This document shows, one piece after another, positions 40,982 through 50,604 of a DNA stretch of 64,000 nt. The stretch spans positions 39,223 through 103,222 of the forward strand of contig JBGSMD010000039.1 in the NCBI GenBank assembly GCA_041740355.1, written 5' to 3'. The position numbers and the translations under genes were made by a program. The notes under the pieces are model-generated. The model did no database searches, was not told the origin of the DNA, and saw only the letters and a program-made list of their open reading frames with translations. This stretch comes from Bdellovibrionota bacterium (GTDB taxonomy: Bacteria > Bdellovibrionota_C > UBA2361 > CALJRW01). Position 1 is the first letter of the stretch, and each line of letters begins with the position of its first letter.

Positions 40982-42262
40982 TTAATTTTCTATGGTTGCT
41001 AGTTTGGAAAGAATCAAGTCATTCAATTTTTTAGCCTTACTACACTCATTAATTTTATTGAGAATTGTTTCGATCATAGGCTTACATATGTTATTAAAAC
41101 ATTTGATAATGGTTTCTGTCGGTAAAACCATCTTTATCTCTTCAATCTGTTTGTAACTAATATTTGCCTGGGCGCTATCTCCGCCGACATTTGCAATCTC
41201 ATTTCTTACAAAATCGGTTAATAAATTAAAATATAGAAATGCTGCTTTCTTAATTGGTTTCTCACCTAGATCAAAGACTCCAACACGCTGATTTACAAAA
41301 ATTGTTGTATTTATTTCTGGAACTAATCCTATCTTTCCAATTGTTGCACCAGTCATTGCAATTACAATATCACCTTTTTGTACTTGATAGCTTTCTGCCT
41401 TTTTTGCCTTATTTTCATTAATATAACCTAATGAATTAAAATCAATTGTATTATTAGCAATACTTCCAATTTTAATTACGGGAAGACCATTTGTATTCCA
41501 CCATTCGCTCTTAAAAGCATACCCAGATTTTACCTTTGAATATTGACCAATACTAGAAACTTCCCACCCTTTTGGAATCTCTCTGTCTAATTCTTCATTA
41601 TAAATCATTTCACCACCGCTACTTTTATAAGGCTTACCATTTTTATCAGGCTTGCCCTGAGCGAAGTCGAAGGGAAATTCAAAATCAACAAACCACTGCT
41701 TATAAATTGCTTGCGCTGTTTCTTCTAACTTTTGAATCAGTTGGTGATTAAGTTCAATCCGATCTTGGATAACTTTATATTCTTTAACAACCTGTTTTTG
41801 CTTTGCAATGGAGGGGACTGGCAATTTCATTTCACAAAAATCCTCCCATTCTAAGCTTCCCCTAACTCCACCAACTGCATTAAAACATGCTTCCCGATCA
41901 AACTCAGAACGAATAAACCACATCATTAGATATTCAGGAATAAGTTCTTCAAGATTTTTTATTTCAAAAACAGAATAAGCTTGTGAAATAATGGCCTCTT
42001 CTAACTCTTCCAATAAGGCAACAGGCATCTTTTTGTCGCGTCTTACTTGCATGGTACTACATGCAAATTGGTTTTTTCGGATAATTTTATAGTTTTCCAT
42101 ATCTGTGCCAATTATATTAGCAACAGATGGAATAAATTGTTTCGAGATACTCAATCCTAAAAGTTGTTTAACCTTAAGACCTTTATTTCGTTCATCTACT
42201 AGCTGGATATGTTGACCAATGCTTTTATAACTTGATTTCATAACCCAGTTCTTTAAAAACAT
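40982..42262 (-). CDS. hsdS: type I restriction-modification specificity subunit
   Basis: 426 aa. Two target-recognition domains separated by a conserved helical spacer (AQAIYKQWFVDFEFPF). The true start is possibly the ATG at 42241. Overlaps the hsdM 3' end. Confidence 0.88.
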   Translation of the reverse strand: MFLKNWVMKSSYKSIGQHIQLVDERNKGLKVKQLLGLSISKQFIPSVANIIGTDMENYKIIRKNQFACSTMQVRRDKKMPVALLEELEEAIISQAYSVFEIKNLEELIPEYLMMWFIRSEFDREACFNAVGGVRGSLEWEDFCEMKLPVPSIAKQKQVVKEYKVIQDRIELNHQLIQKLEETAQAIYKQWFVDFEFPFDFAQGKPDKNGKPYKSSGGEMIYNEELDREIPKGWEVSSIGQYSKVKSGYAFKSEWWNTNGLPVIKIGSIANNTIDFNSLGYINENKAKKAESYQVQKGDIVIAMTGATIGKIGLVPEINTTIFVNQRVGVFDLGEKPIKKAAFLYFNLLTDFVRNEIANVGGDSAQANISYKQIEEIKMVLPTETIIKCFNNICKPMIETILNKINECSKAKKLNDLILSKLATIEN

Positions 42263-43787
42263 TCAGTAAATCATCCTTAGAACTAGATTCGGCTTTTAAT
42301 AATCCAGTAAATTCATCTTGCAAAGATTTCATCTTTTCATCAAAGTCAATATTTTCATCACGATTAATGAATTTGATATATTTACTTGGGACCAAGGAGA
42401 AATCTTTTTTGATAACTTCTTCAATTGAAGCGGAATAACAGAACTCAGCGATATCTTGATAGGAATTATTTTCTTGTTGCCAGTTGTGATAAGTTGCTCC
42501 AATATTTTTAATCTGCTCATCGCTAAATTGGATAAATTTCTTTTCAAAAGGTACTCCAATCTGCCTTAAATCCAGAAATAAAATTTCTTTTTCACGGTCG
42601 CGATAATTTCGTTGCTCGTCACCAATACTTCGACTATGTGCTTTCTTATTCTTGTTTAGAATCCAAATCGTTACGCTAATATTTGTGGTGTAAAACATGT
42701 CTTGAGGCAAAACCATAATTGCTTCTACAATATTATTTTCAATTAACTTTCTTCTAATCTTATACTCTTCCCCACCACCACTAAGTGCACCATTAGCCAG
42801 AATAAACCCAGCTACTCCATTTTCAGAAAGCTTAGAAACCATATTTAAAATCCAAGCATAATTGGCATTACTCTTAGGTGGAGTTTCGTATCCTTTCCAA
42901 CGGGGGTCATCTGTTAATTCACTTTGCGCGCGCCAGTCTTTTTGATTAAACGGCGGATTTGCCATAATAAAATCAGCTTTTAAATCCTTGTGCTGATCGT
43001 CGGCAAATGTGTCAGCCGCTTTCTCCCCTAAGTTTCCAGCAATTCCCCTGATCGCTAAGTTCATCTTAGCAAGTTTGTAGGTGGTGTTAGTATATTCTTG
43101 TCCGTAAATAGAAATTTCTTTTTTGTTACCGTGATGGTTTTCAATAAATTTAATCGACTGTACAAACATACCGCCAGATCCACATGCTGGGTCATAAATA
43201 ATTCCTTTGTAAGGCTCAATCATTTCAGCAATTAAGTTTACAATGCTTTTAGGTGTATAGAACTCTCCCTTTCCCTTGCCTTCAGCTAAAGCAAATTTTG
43301 ACAAGAAATATTCATAAACTCGCCCAACAATGTCTTGGGATTTATCTTTTAAGGTATCAATATCATTAATGGTATCCAGCAGTGAGGCTAATTTTGTAAT
43401 GTCTAGTCCTAATCGGGAGAAGTAATTATCGGGCAAAGCTCCTTTTAAGGCTTTGTTGTTTTTCTCGATGTTGTGAAGGGCAGTGTCAATTTTAAGAGCA
43501 ATGTCGTTCTGCTTGGAATTTTTCATGATAAAACTCCAACGGGAGATTTCATCTAAGAAAAACACATTGCTTTGATTATAGAACTCAGCCATTTCCATGT
43601 ACTTTTCTTGCCCCTTCGCAATTAAAGTTTGGCGATGTTCTTCAAATTTATCACTAGCAAACTTTAGGAAGATCAGACTTAATACTACGTGTTTGTATTC
43701 TGCTGGCTCGACACTTCCCCTTAGCTTATTAGCTGAATCCCAAAGTGTTTCTTCGATTGATTTTTGTTTTACTTCTTTTTTCGCCAT
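42225..43787 (-). CDS. hsdM: type I restriction-modification N6-adenine DNA methyltransferase subunit
   Basis: 520 aa. HsdM N-terminal domain, AdoMet motif DPACGSGGMF, and catalytic NPPF. Confidence 0.93.
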   Translation of the reverse strand: MAKKEVKQKSIEETLWDSANKLRGSVEPAEYKHVVLSLIFLKFASDKFEEHRQTLIAKGQEKYMEMAEFYNQSNVFFLDEISRWSFIMKNSKQNDIALKIDTALHNIEKNNKALKGALPDNYFSRLGLDITKLASLLDTINDIDTLKDKSQDIVGRVYEYFLSKFALAEGKGKGEFYTPKSIVNLIAEMIEPYKGIIYDPACGSGGMFVQSIKFIENHHGNKKEISIYGQEYTNTTYKLAKMNLAIRGIAGNLGEKAADTFADDQHKDLKADFIMANPPFNQKDWRAQSELTDDPRWKGYETPPKSNANYAWILNMVSKLSENGVAGFILANGALSGGGEEYKIRRKLIENNIVEAIMVLPQDMFYTTNISVTIWILNKNKKAHSRSIGDEQRNYRDREKEILFLDLRQIGVPFEKKFIQFSDEQIKNIGATYHNWQQENNSYQDIAEFCYSASIEEVIKKDFSLVPSKYIKFINRDENIDFDEKMKSLQDEFTGLLKAESSSKDDLLNVFKELGYEIKL

Positions 43788-43946
43788 GATCTACTTTAAT
43801 GCTACTTTCTTCCTGGCTATAACTTAAGACGATGTCTTAGCTTCTGTTTAGAAACGCCATTCTGAATAGAAAATTTAGGCTAAAAGGACTGGTCTGGCAA
43901 TTGTTAAAGCGCCTTTAGACTCGAATTTGGGCTGATCTAGCATTCC

Positions 43947-45143
43947 CTATCTTCGCAAAAACCGATCGGTAAAAGTTTCCTCTTTGAATTCAAAGTTTTT
44001 AGGTTCTAGTTCCATTAAGAATTGGTTAGGATCATCTAAGCCAATTTCAATTTGACTCAGGTAATTTTCTATAAATCTGTTTCTCATCAGTTCCAAGTCT
44101 TGGGGTACCCGAACATCAATTACTTGGCTAACCGGAAAATGATTTAAGGAGGCGCTGAGATGTTCTAAAGATACCCAATAAATTCCATTAGACGAATCAA
44201 TGATTTGTAGATCCATCTTGCCATCTTCCACTTTATATCCAGAAATGACAACTGCATGGCTATCTATTTTGTTGCTTTGATTACCGGACATTAAATAGCT
44301 AGCAGAAACTGAGACATAAATCGGGTCACCGCAATCTAGTAAGTCTTTAATTACAGCAGCATTATGTTTTACTGCGATATCTTCTTTAGTTGCAGATAAA
44401 TCCTGTTCAAATTTTAATTTAAGGAGGGAAGTTATTATATCTTCATTACCTGATAATTTACCCAAGGCTTCAGCAAATAAATTATTTTTAAAAATTGTTG
44501 GATCAAAATAAGCAGCGAGTCCCAGCTCCACCTGCTTGTCTCTAGTTGAAATCAAATGAGCTTTTGTCGGTGTTAATTCTAAATTACTAGATGGAACTAA
44601 CTCGATTGCTAATTCAATTGTTGGAATATTTAAACCATTTCGATCAACTGCGGCGTTTAATAAACTAGTTAAAAGAGTTGGATCTATCTGATGCCCCCGA
44701 CAAAGTAGTCCATGAGTCATGGCCCAGGCGGCGCAAGTTCCATGCATTGATTGATAATGCCACCCACCTTGGTATTCCCTATTGCCATTTGGAAGTTCCG
44801 TATTAAATCGCGCACTAGCTTCTATTGTTGATTGTAGAAACTTCCCCGTATCAGGCATTAGCAGATTTACATTATGATCAATTGGACTTGCTAATAATCT
44901 TCGGACACTTTGCTGAGAGTAAGAATCTACCGGTTCATCGCTTCGGCATTTATTAAAATTTTGAATTGCTTCGAATAATCGAACTAATACTACCTTATCT
45001 TCTGATACGCATGGAATGGAATTATATAATTTTAGGTCTTTGATAATATTATCAAACAACTCGAGTGGTCCCACGGGCAAGACTGGCTCTCCTTTCTTTA
45101 TATGATTACTACTTTGTGGGTCGTTACTTGGTTGCATATTCAC
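43947..45143 (-). CDS. papain-like (C1-type) cysteine peptidase domain protein with unknown N-terminal region
   Basis: QSMHGTCAAWA has Gln 6 residues before Cys, as in papain Q19/C25. DSHAVVISGY...IIDSSNGIYW resembles papain DHAVAAVGY...IKNSWG. No signal peptide. Confidence 0.55.
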   Translation of the reverse strand: MNMQPSNDPQSSNHIKKGEPVLPVGPLELFDNIIKDLKLYNSIPCVSEDKVVLVRLFEAIQNFNKCRSDEPVDSYSQQSVRRLLASPIDHNVNLLMPDTGKFLQSTIEASARFNTELPNGNREYQGGWHYQSMHGTCAAWAMTHGLLCRGHQIDPTLLTSLLNAAVDRNGLNIPTIELAIELVPSSNLELTPTKAHLISTRDKQVELGLAAYFDPTIFKNNLFAEALGKLSGNEDIITSLLKLKFEQDLSATKEDIAVKHNAAVIKDLLDCGDPIYVSVSASYLMSGNQSNKIDSHAVVISGYKVEDGKMDLQIIDSSNGIYWVSLEHLSASLNHFPVSQVIDVRVPQDLELMRNRFIENYLSQIEIGLDDPNQFLMELEPKNFEFKEETFTDRFLRR

Positions 45144-45292
45144 AAAAACATCTGCAGAATTTCCTTTCTTGGTTATAACTAAATCACTGAGTAGTGTTGC
45201 ATAAAATCCACTTATTTTGCTTCCCCGAGGTCCCTGACACCTTAATAATGAAATAAATCCACTTAAATTTCTAATTAGACCAAAAAATACTT

Positions 45293-45319
45293 GTTTATAG
45301 TTTATAGTAAACTATAAAC
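45293..45319 (+). promoter_or_regulatory. perfect 12-bp inverted repeat abutting the start of a small wHTH ORF
   Basis: gtttatagttta tag taaactataaac ends 1 nt before the ATG at 45320. Confidence 0.4.
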
Positions 45320-45540
45320 ATGAAATTAGAGACAAAAAATAGAATCTTGGAATTGTTGTCTTCTAACTCAGCACAAAGACCAGAGGTTCTGGCAACTCAA
45401 CTGAAGATTTTACCACAAGCATTACCTCGCCATCTAAAGATCCTTACTGAGAATAAGTAGCTCATTAGATTGGGACTGCACCTCAAGTCTTGTATGAATT
45501 ACCACCCAAACTCCGCTTTAAAATTCTAAGACAGCCATAA
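45320..45540 (+). pseudogene. decayed winged-HTH (ArsR/DeoR-like) regulator
   Basis: MKLETKNRILELLSSNSAQRPEVLATQLKILPQALPRHLKILTENK then TAG. The expected continuation IGTAPQVLYELPPKLR is readable only after a frame shift. Confidence 0.45.
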
Positions 45541-46465
45541 CCTCCTGCAAGCTTGTGGTCCGTTTAATTCTATCAAAAAACTCTCTTCCAACTAAATCAT
45601 TCTTAGAAAACCAAATCGAAAACTCCTTATAAACTCCAATAAATTTCTTTTTAGAAACTTGCTCCTTGGCTAGGTATGCCTGTAAGAGTCTTTTAGCAAA
45701 ATCAAGGAGCATCTCTTTGGTAACAACAAACTCCTCCTGCTTTTGAAAATAAGATTTCAATTCATTAAATAAAAATGGATTGGTAATAGCAGGACGCCCA
45801 CACATAATCCCCGAAACGCCAGTTTCTAAAACACGCTTAGCGATTTCCACACTACTAATATCGCCATTGCCAATTACTGGGTACGGCAAAATCCTAACGG
45901 CATCATTAAAAAAATCATAATTAACTTTCTCTTCGTATTTCCCAGCCTGACTACGAGCATGAACTGTCAGGAAATCTAAGGGGCAATCTTTTAGAACTTC
46001 CAAGATTTCAGTAAAGTTTTCACTACTTTGAAAACCCAGTCTGGTTTTAATTGATAAAGTCCCAGAATGAACTCCGCGCATCGCCTGAATAATTGCAACT
46101 AGTTTTTTAGGATCTAATAGCAAGGCTGAGCCTGCGCCACTACAGGTAACTCTTTTGGAGGGGCAACCCACATTTAAATCTATCCAGTCAGAATCTTGCA
46201 GTGTACTTCTTATTTTTAAAAATTTCATGCAATTGCTAATTACTTGCGGTGTCGTTCCCATGACCTGCACTTGAAGTGGGACTTGATAGCGATTAAATTC
46301 AGGAATCTTTTGGCGTTCGCCTGTAATTCTAATAAATTCAGTGGCAACAACATCCACTCCTCCCAGATCCACAATTTCTTTTCGAAAAATAGAATTAGTA
46401 ATGCCCTCCATTGGAGCAAGGAATAAGACTGGTTTGTTTTCTTTTTTAAAAATCTCTGGGGACAT
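45518..46465 (-). CDS. dus: tRNA-dihydrouridine synthase
   Basis: LAPMEGITNSIFR and NVGCP motifs. The ATG at 46465 (MSPEIFKK) is preferred over the TTG at 46501. Confidence 0.85.
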   Translation of the reverse strand: MSPEIFKKENKPVLFLAPMEGITNSIFRKEIVDLGGVDVVATEFIRITGERQKIPEFNRYQVPLQVQVMGTTPQVISNCMKFLKIRSTLQDSDWIDLNVGCPSKRVTCSGAGSALLLDPKKLVAIIQAMRGVHSGTLSIKTRLGFQSSENFTEILEVLKDCPLDFLTVHARSQAGKYEEKVNYDFFNDAVRILPYPVIGNGDISSVEIAKRVLETGVSGIMCGRPAITNPFLFNELKSYFQKQEEFVVTKEMLLDFAKRLLQAYLAKEQVSKKKFIGVYKEFSIWFSKNDLVGREFFDRIKRTTSLQEVMAVLEF

Positions 46466-46567
46466 CTGGAAAAGATAGCAAGAGATTCTGTTTTTTACCA
46501 ATTAGCAATTGATTTTTCAGAAGAGAATCAATTAGGAAAAGGATTTAGGAGAAAATTGGAGTGGAAG

Positions 46568-46594
46568 AATCCCCCCTATTAACTAGGGAGGATT
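46568..46594 (-). terminator. hairpin downstream of the Cys-rich lipoprotein gene
   Basis: aatccccccta ... tagggaggatt is an imperfect stem about 15 nt after the stop at 46609. Confidence 0.35.
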
Positions 46595-46608
46595 AGATTA
46601 AGACGAAC

Positions 46609-46887
46609 TTAATTACAAGATTTTTGTCCAGCGGAAGCCCCACATTTAGCAGCACCACAAGATTTTGCATCTTTAGCTTCACCAGATTTTCCTGCGCCAC
46701 AAGAAGATTTATCCATTTCACTTTTCATCTCTTTTGCTTTATCACAGGAAGCTGTGCAACCAGATTCACACATACCTTTGGCTTTCATGTATGGACATGT
46801 CCCTCGATATGGACAATTACCTCGAGTGGTACATGACACCAAAAATACGAGAGAAAGAACTAATAGAATTTGAATAATTTTTTTCAT
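46609..46887 (-). CDS. small Cys-rich lipoprotein
   Basis: MKKIIQILLVLSLVFLVSC lipobox, with the ATG at 46887 preferred. The mature part has about a dozen Cys, repeats RGNCPY/RGTCPY, and CGAGK/CGAAKCGA motifs. Confidence 0.6.
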   Translation of the reverse strand: MKKIIQILLVLSLVFLVSCTTRGNCPYRGTCPYMKAKGMCESGCTASCDKAKEMKSEMDKSSCGAGKSGEAKDAKSCGAAKCGASAGQKSCN

Positions 46888-47067
46888 GGAATTAACTTTA
46901 ATAATTAAAATATACCCACCGGCAATCATTTATTTTCTAAAATAATACGCGGGAGGTTAAATAATTAGTACGAAAGATTTAGTAGCTTACATTTCGTTAC
47001 TAACCATCTACAATAATGCAACATTTTAATACTTATATCTTTGAGCCACAAGGGTATCAAATGAGTA

Positions 47068-47733
47068 TTATTCTATTGGAAAAATATAAACTAAACCAAA
47101 CATTAAACTGGCACTGTCATAAGCCACGTTATAGGTACTTGTTGAGTTAGAAACATCGGGACTAGATGCCGAGAAAATCCTAGCTTCTGTGAAAAAACGA
47201 AATTCACGGTTAATTGGCACTTCTAATCCCAGTAATCCTTGAAGCGCAAAAGCCTGGCCATCACTGGAATGTGTAGAACCAAAATTAGCAATTTCGATTT
47301 CTTGTTCCAAATCTGTCTGCATTCCAAGTCCAAATCCTACATAGGGATTTACATATTCAAAGGCCGTAATGTAATAAATGGCATTCACCATGATTGCACT
47401 TGATTTCATGTCACCAGAGCTAAGTAAATCACCATTTATGACGGAGACAGTATCGATTCCATGAGTTCTGTGCGCATATTCTAATTCTAGAGCAAAACTT
47501 TCATTAAAACGGTAACCACCTGCTAGTACTGCAATATTTCCGATATCAAAATCAGCAGTGGCATCAATATAATCATTATTATTATTCCCACTTTTAAAAT
47601 CATACCCATCTAGGTAATCGACCCCTAAGGCGATTTTTGCGTATGGTCCAGTTACTTCTTGCGCCTGTGAGCTAAGAGCGGAAAGTAAAATAAAGGCAAA
47701 AGTAGCAAAAGATTGAAGCAGAGGGTTTTTCAT
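47068..47733 (-). CDS. outer membrane beta-barrel protein (OmpW/OMP_b-brl-like)
   Basis: Signal peptide ending SSQAQE and alternating hydrophobic beta strands. Aromatic-rich C-terminus LVYIF. Confidence 0.7.
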   Translation of the reverse strand: MKNPLLQSFATFAFILLSALSSQAQEVTGPYAKIALGVDYLDGYDFKSGNNNNDYIDATADFDIGNIAVLAGGYRFNESFALELEYAHRTHGIDTVSVINGDLLSSGDMKSSAIMVNAIYYITAFEYVNPYVGFGLGMQTDLEQEIEIANFGSTHSSDGQAFALQGLLGLEVPINREFRFFTEARIFSASSPDVSNSTSTYNVAYDSASLMFGLVYIFPIE

Positions 47734-47887
47734 ATTGGGAACAAAATAAAAGTACTATTTCAGTTGTAGCTTTGATTAAATATTTCAGCAAGTTACAGAC
47801 TGAGGCAGATATCTCCTTAGCGAATTGGATATCCCAGCAATCTTAATGACTTTTAGAAAGTAAATTTATAGTTACTGTCATTAATTA

Positions 47888-48029
47888 CAGTAAGTCCAGA
47901 AAGTAATTTCCAATAGGAATTACTTTCTGGGGCTTACTAACCCCCGCAAGCGTTATAAAATCATATAGTTATGACAAAAATCACAAAACTAACTTTTGAA
48001 TATTCGGAAATTAGTTTTTGTCATAACTA
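47888..48029. mobile_element. MITE, family A copy, in the OMP/feoA divergent promoter region
   Basis: Aligns end to end with 13843-13982. An extra terminus-like tagttactgtcat at 47869-47881 abuts its left end. Confidence 0.75.
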
Positions 48030-48132
48030 TAATACTTCTAAATTTGTCAAAATTATCTTGCATTCGCTTATTGTTTTACTTGATTAGATAGAGTAAAATG
48101 ATTGGTATAGTAAATTTTTGCTTGATATACCG

Positions 48133-48363
48133 ATGACACTTCCATTAACTGACCTTCCTCGAAATGCTACTGCGATAATCAGTCAAATCGAGGCAATTCC
48201 TGAAATTGATCGCTTGAAGTCCGTTGGCTTTGTCGCTGGAACTAAAATTCAGGTGATGAAAACGGGCCGAACATTACTAGTAAAGCTTCCAGGGACAACT
48301 TTCGGACTTAGCGCCAATTTGGCTAAGTCAATCATGGTATCCGCTGAATTTTGTAATAATTAA
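48133..48363 (+). CDS. feoA: ferrous iron transport protein A
   Basis: Small SH3-like FeoA pattern (ISQIEA...GFVAGTKIQVMK). ATG at 48133 preferred over the ORF-track TTG at 48118. Confidence 0.8.
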   Translation: MTLPLTDLPRNATAIISQIEAIPEIDRLKSVGFVAGTKIQVMKTGRTLLVKLPGTTFGLSANLAKSIMVSAEFCNN

Positions 48364-48551
48364 ATTCAGATTCTCCAGATCTTTAACTTATCAATAATTG
48401 CTGATTAGCTTAGGAAAGTGTTTCACATCTTATTAAAACTTTCGCGAACAAGAAACAGATTGTTTTCATGTTGGGGTTTTAGTGTGTTTGTTTTTCCCCG
48501 TAATTAAACTTATATATTAGGCGATTAAATTTTTAAATTTAGTAATTTCAA

Positions 48552-50384
48552 ATGTCGCCCAGTATAGAAAATCAAAAATTTCAGCAGATAATTCTGGTTG
48601 GAAATCCAAATACTGGGAAATCATTATTCTTTAGTAAGTTAACTAAACAAAAAGCAGCTTCCGCTAATTATTCTGGCACAACCCAAACCTTAAAATCTTG
48701 TTCACTCAAAATCAATGAAAAGAATTATCAGATTATTGATTTGCCAGGAATTTACGACCTAGATACAACGCTACCTGAAGAAATTATTACTGTTAATTAC
48801 CTAAATTCTTTTTGTAAATCATCAGGTGCACTGATTTTATTTTTTCTAGATGCCACGCGTTTAGAGCAAGGTATCTACTTACTTAGTCAAATCCTGGAAG
48901 ATAACAAATCGTTGGTTGTTCTGCTAACTCAATATGACATCGCTACTAAAAAGAATTTAGAAATTGATTACCAAAAGCTTGCTGAAAAACTTGCTGTTAA
49001 AATCATCCCAACTTCCAACTTACATGATTCTAGTCTGAAAATTTTAAATCAGGCTTTAGCGGATTTCACTCCCAAAACGACTCCCGAAGCAAGTGATTCC
49101 TGTACTAGATGTACATCTTGTAATTTCCAAGAACGTCACCAAATCGCACGGCAAATAAAAAATGAAATTAGTAGCCGAGAAGTTTCCAGTATATGGTCTG
49201 ATCGCTTAGACCAAATTTTACTAGATCCACTCTACGGCACTCTTTCCTTTCTACTAATAACATTTACTTTTTTTTGGTTAATATTTTTCATGGCAAGCTG
49301 GCCAATGGATTTAATTGATCAAGCCTTTGCCTTCCTAAGCAGCAAATTAACTTTAATATTACCGTCAGGATTATTAACTGATTTACTACTAAATGGTATT
49401 ATACCGGGACTGAATGGCGTAATTATTTTCCTTCCGCAAATATTTATTCTCTTCTTCTTAATTAATTTACTCGATAACTCAGGGTATCTGGCCCGAATGG
49501 TTTGTATTATGGACCGCTACCTGCGAAAATTTGGTCTATCCGGAACTGCATTTTTACCAATACTATCTGCTCATGCCTGCGCAATTCCAGCAATCTTAGG
49601 AACAAAAGTTATTAAAAATAAACATGAGAGATTTTTAACTATCTTTATTATTCCATTTTTTTCTTGTTCGGCAAGATTGCCAGTTTATGTGATGCTGACC
49701 GCCTTGATGTTTCCAAAGTCACCACTACTGGCTGCGGCTGTCTTTGTTGCCTGCTACTTAAGTGGCGCAATAATTGCTTTTCTAACAGCATTAATTATTA
49801 AAAAAGTATTTATTTCTACTCCGACAACACATCTGCTACTTGAGCTTCCAGCCTATCGTATTCCACCTTTAAAACTTGCTTGGCAAGAGGCTGGCTGGCA
49901 ATCATTTGGTTTCATCAAAAAAGCAGGCACATTTATCTTGGGCTTTTCGGTTGTGATTTGGGCACTATCCACATTTCCTAATCCTGAAATTGAAAAATCA
50001 TACTTAGCTATTATTGGAAATTTTGTTCAGCCAATTTTTGAACCTCTGGGCTTTGACTGGCGGATCACTGTTGGCATTCTGACTTCTTTTGCCGCACGTG
50101 AAGTGATTGTTTCCACTTTGGCAATCATTTTTGCAGGTGGTTCGGATTCTGTCGAATTAACTACCAGACTGCAACAAGCAACTTTACCTAATGGTGATTT
50201 ATTGTTTAATTTAGGAACAATCGCCAGTTTGCTTGTATTTTTTATCTTTGCCTTGCAGTGTTTTCCAACTTCAGTAGCGGCATGGAAAGAAACGGGTTCT
50301 AAAACATTTGCAATTACTCAACTACTGTATGCTTCCGCCATAGCCTATTTATTAGCTTGGGTTGTAGGAAGAATTCTTTCGTAA
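48552..50384 (+). CDS. feoB: ferrous iron transporter B
   Basis: 610 aa. N-terminal G domain GNPNTGKS and DLPG, followed by a polytopic membrane domain. Confidence 0.9.
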   Translation: MSPSIENQKFQQIILVGNPNTGKSLFFSKLTKQKAASANYSGTTQTLKSCSLKINEKNYQIIDLPGIYDLDTTLPEEIITVNYLNSFCKSSGALILFFLDATRLEQGIYLLSQILEDNKSLVVLLTQYDIATKKNLEIDYQKLAEKLAVKIIPTSNLHDSSLKILNQALADFTPKTTPEASDSCTRCTSCNFQERHQIARQIKNEISSREVSSIWSDRLDQILLDPLYGTLSFLLITFTFFWLIFFMASWPMDLIDQAFAFLSSKLTLILPSGLLTDLLLNGIIPGLNGVIIFLPQIFILFFLINLLDNSGYLARMVCIMDRYLRKFGLSGTAFLPILSAHACAIPAILGTKVIKNKHERFLTIFIIPFFSCSARLPVYVMLTALMFPKSPLLAAAVFVACYLSGAIIAFLTALIIKKVFISTPTTHLLLELPAYRIPPLKLAWQEAGWQSFGFIKKAGTFILGFSVVIWALSTFPNPEIEKSYLAIIGNFVQPIFEPLGFDWRITVGILTSFAAREVIVSTLAIIFAGGSDSVELTTRLQQATLPNGDLLFNLGTIASLLVFFIFALQCFPTSVAAWKETGSKTFAITQLLYASAIAYLLAWVVGRILS

Positions 50385-50604
50385 AGTAGAGGCGGGACAA
50401 ACTCTGCGATCCTCACATTTTATATCATCTCAACTAAGCGTTTAAAATTCAGCAGAGGTCGCATTTAAAAATTGTTAAACGCAGTTACCTTTTGTGTCGC
50501 AAGAGATTATCTTAACAAACAGTCAATTAGACTGGAGATGGAAAACAGGAGAATTTAGTACCACAAGTATTAAGAATATTTTTCATTGATAGATAAGCTA
50601 AATA

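Noticed and set aside
48032-48132. Possible Fur box upstream of feoA.
   Set aside because: Only weak partial matches to GATAATGATAATCATTATC were seen (for example aaaatgattggtat). This is not enough to call a site by eye in AT-rich DNA.
48364-48551. Unusually long 188-bp spacer between feoA and feoB as a hidden gene or RNA.
   Set aside because: No ORF with a plausible start, no repeat-family match and no strong hairpin were found. It may simply be a spacer with an internal promoter.
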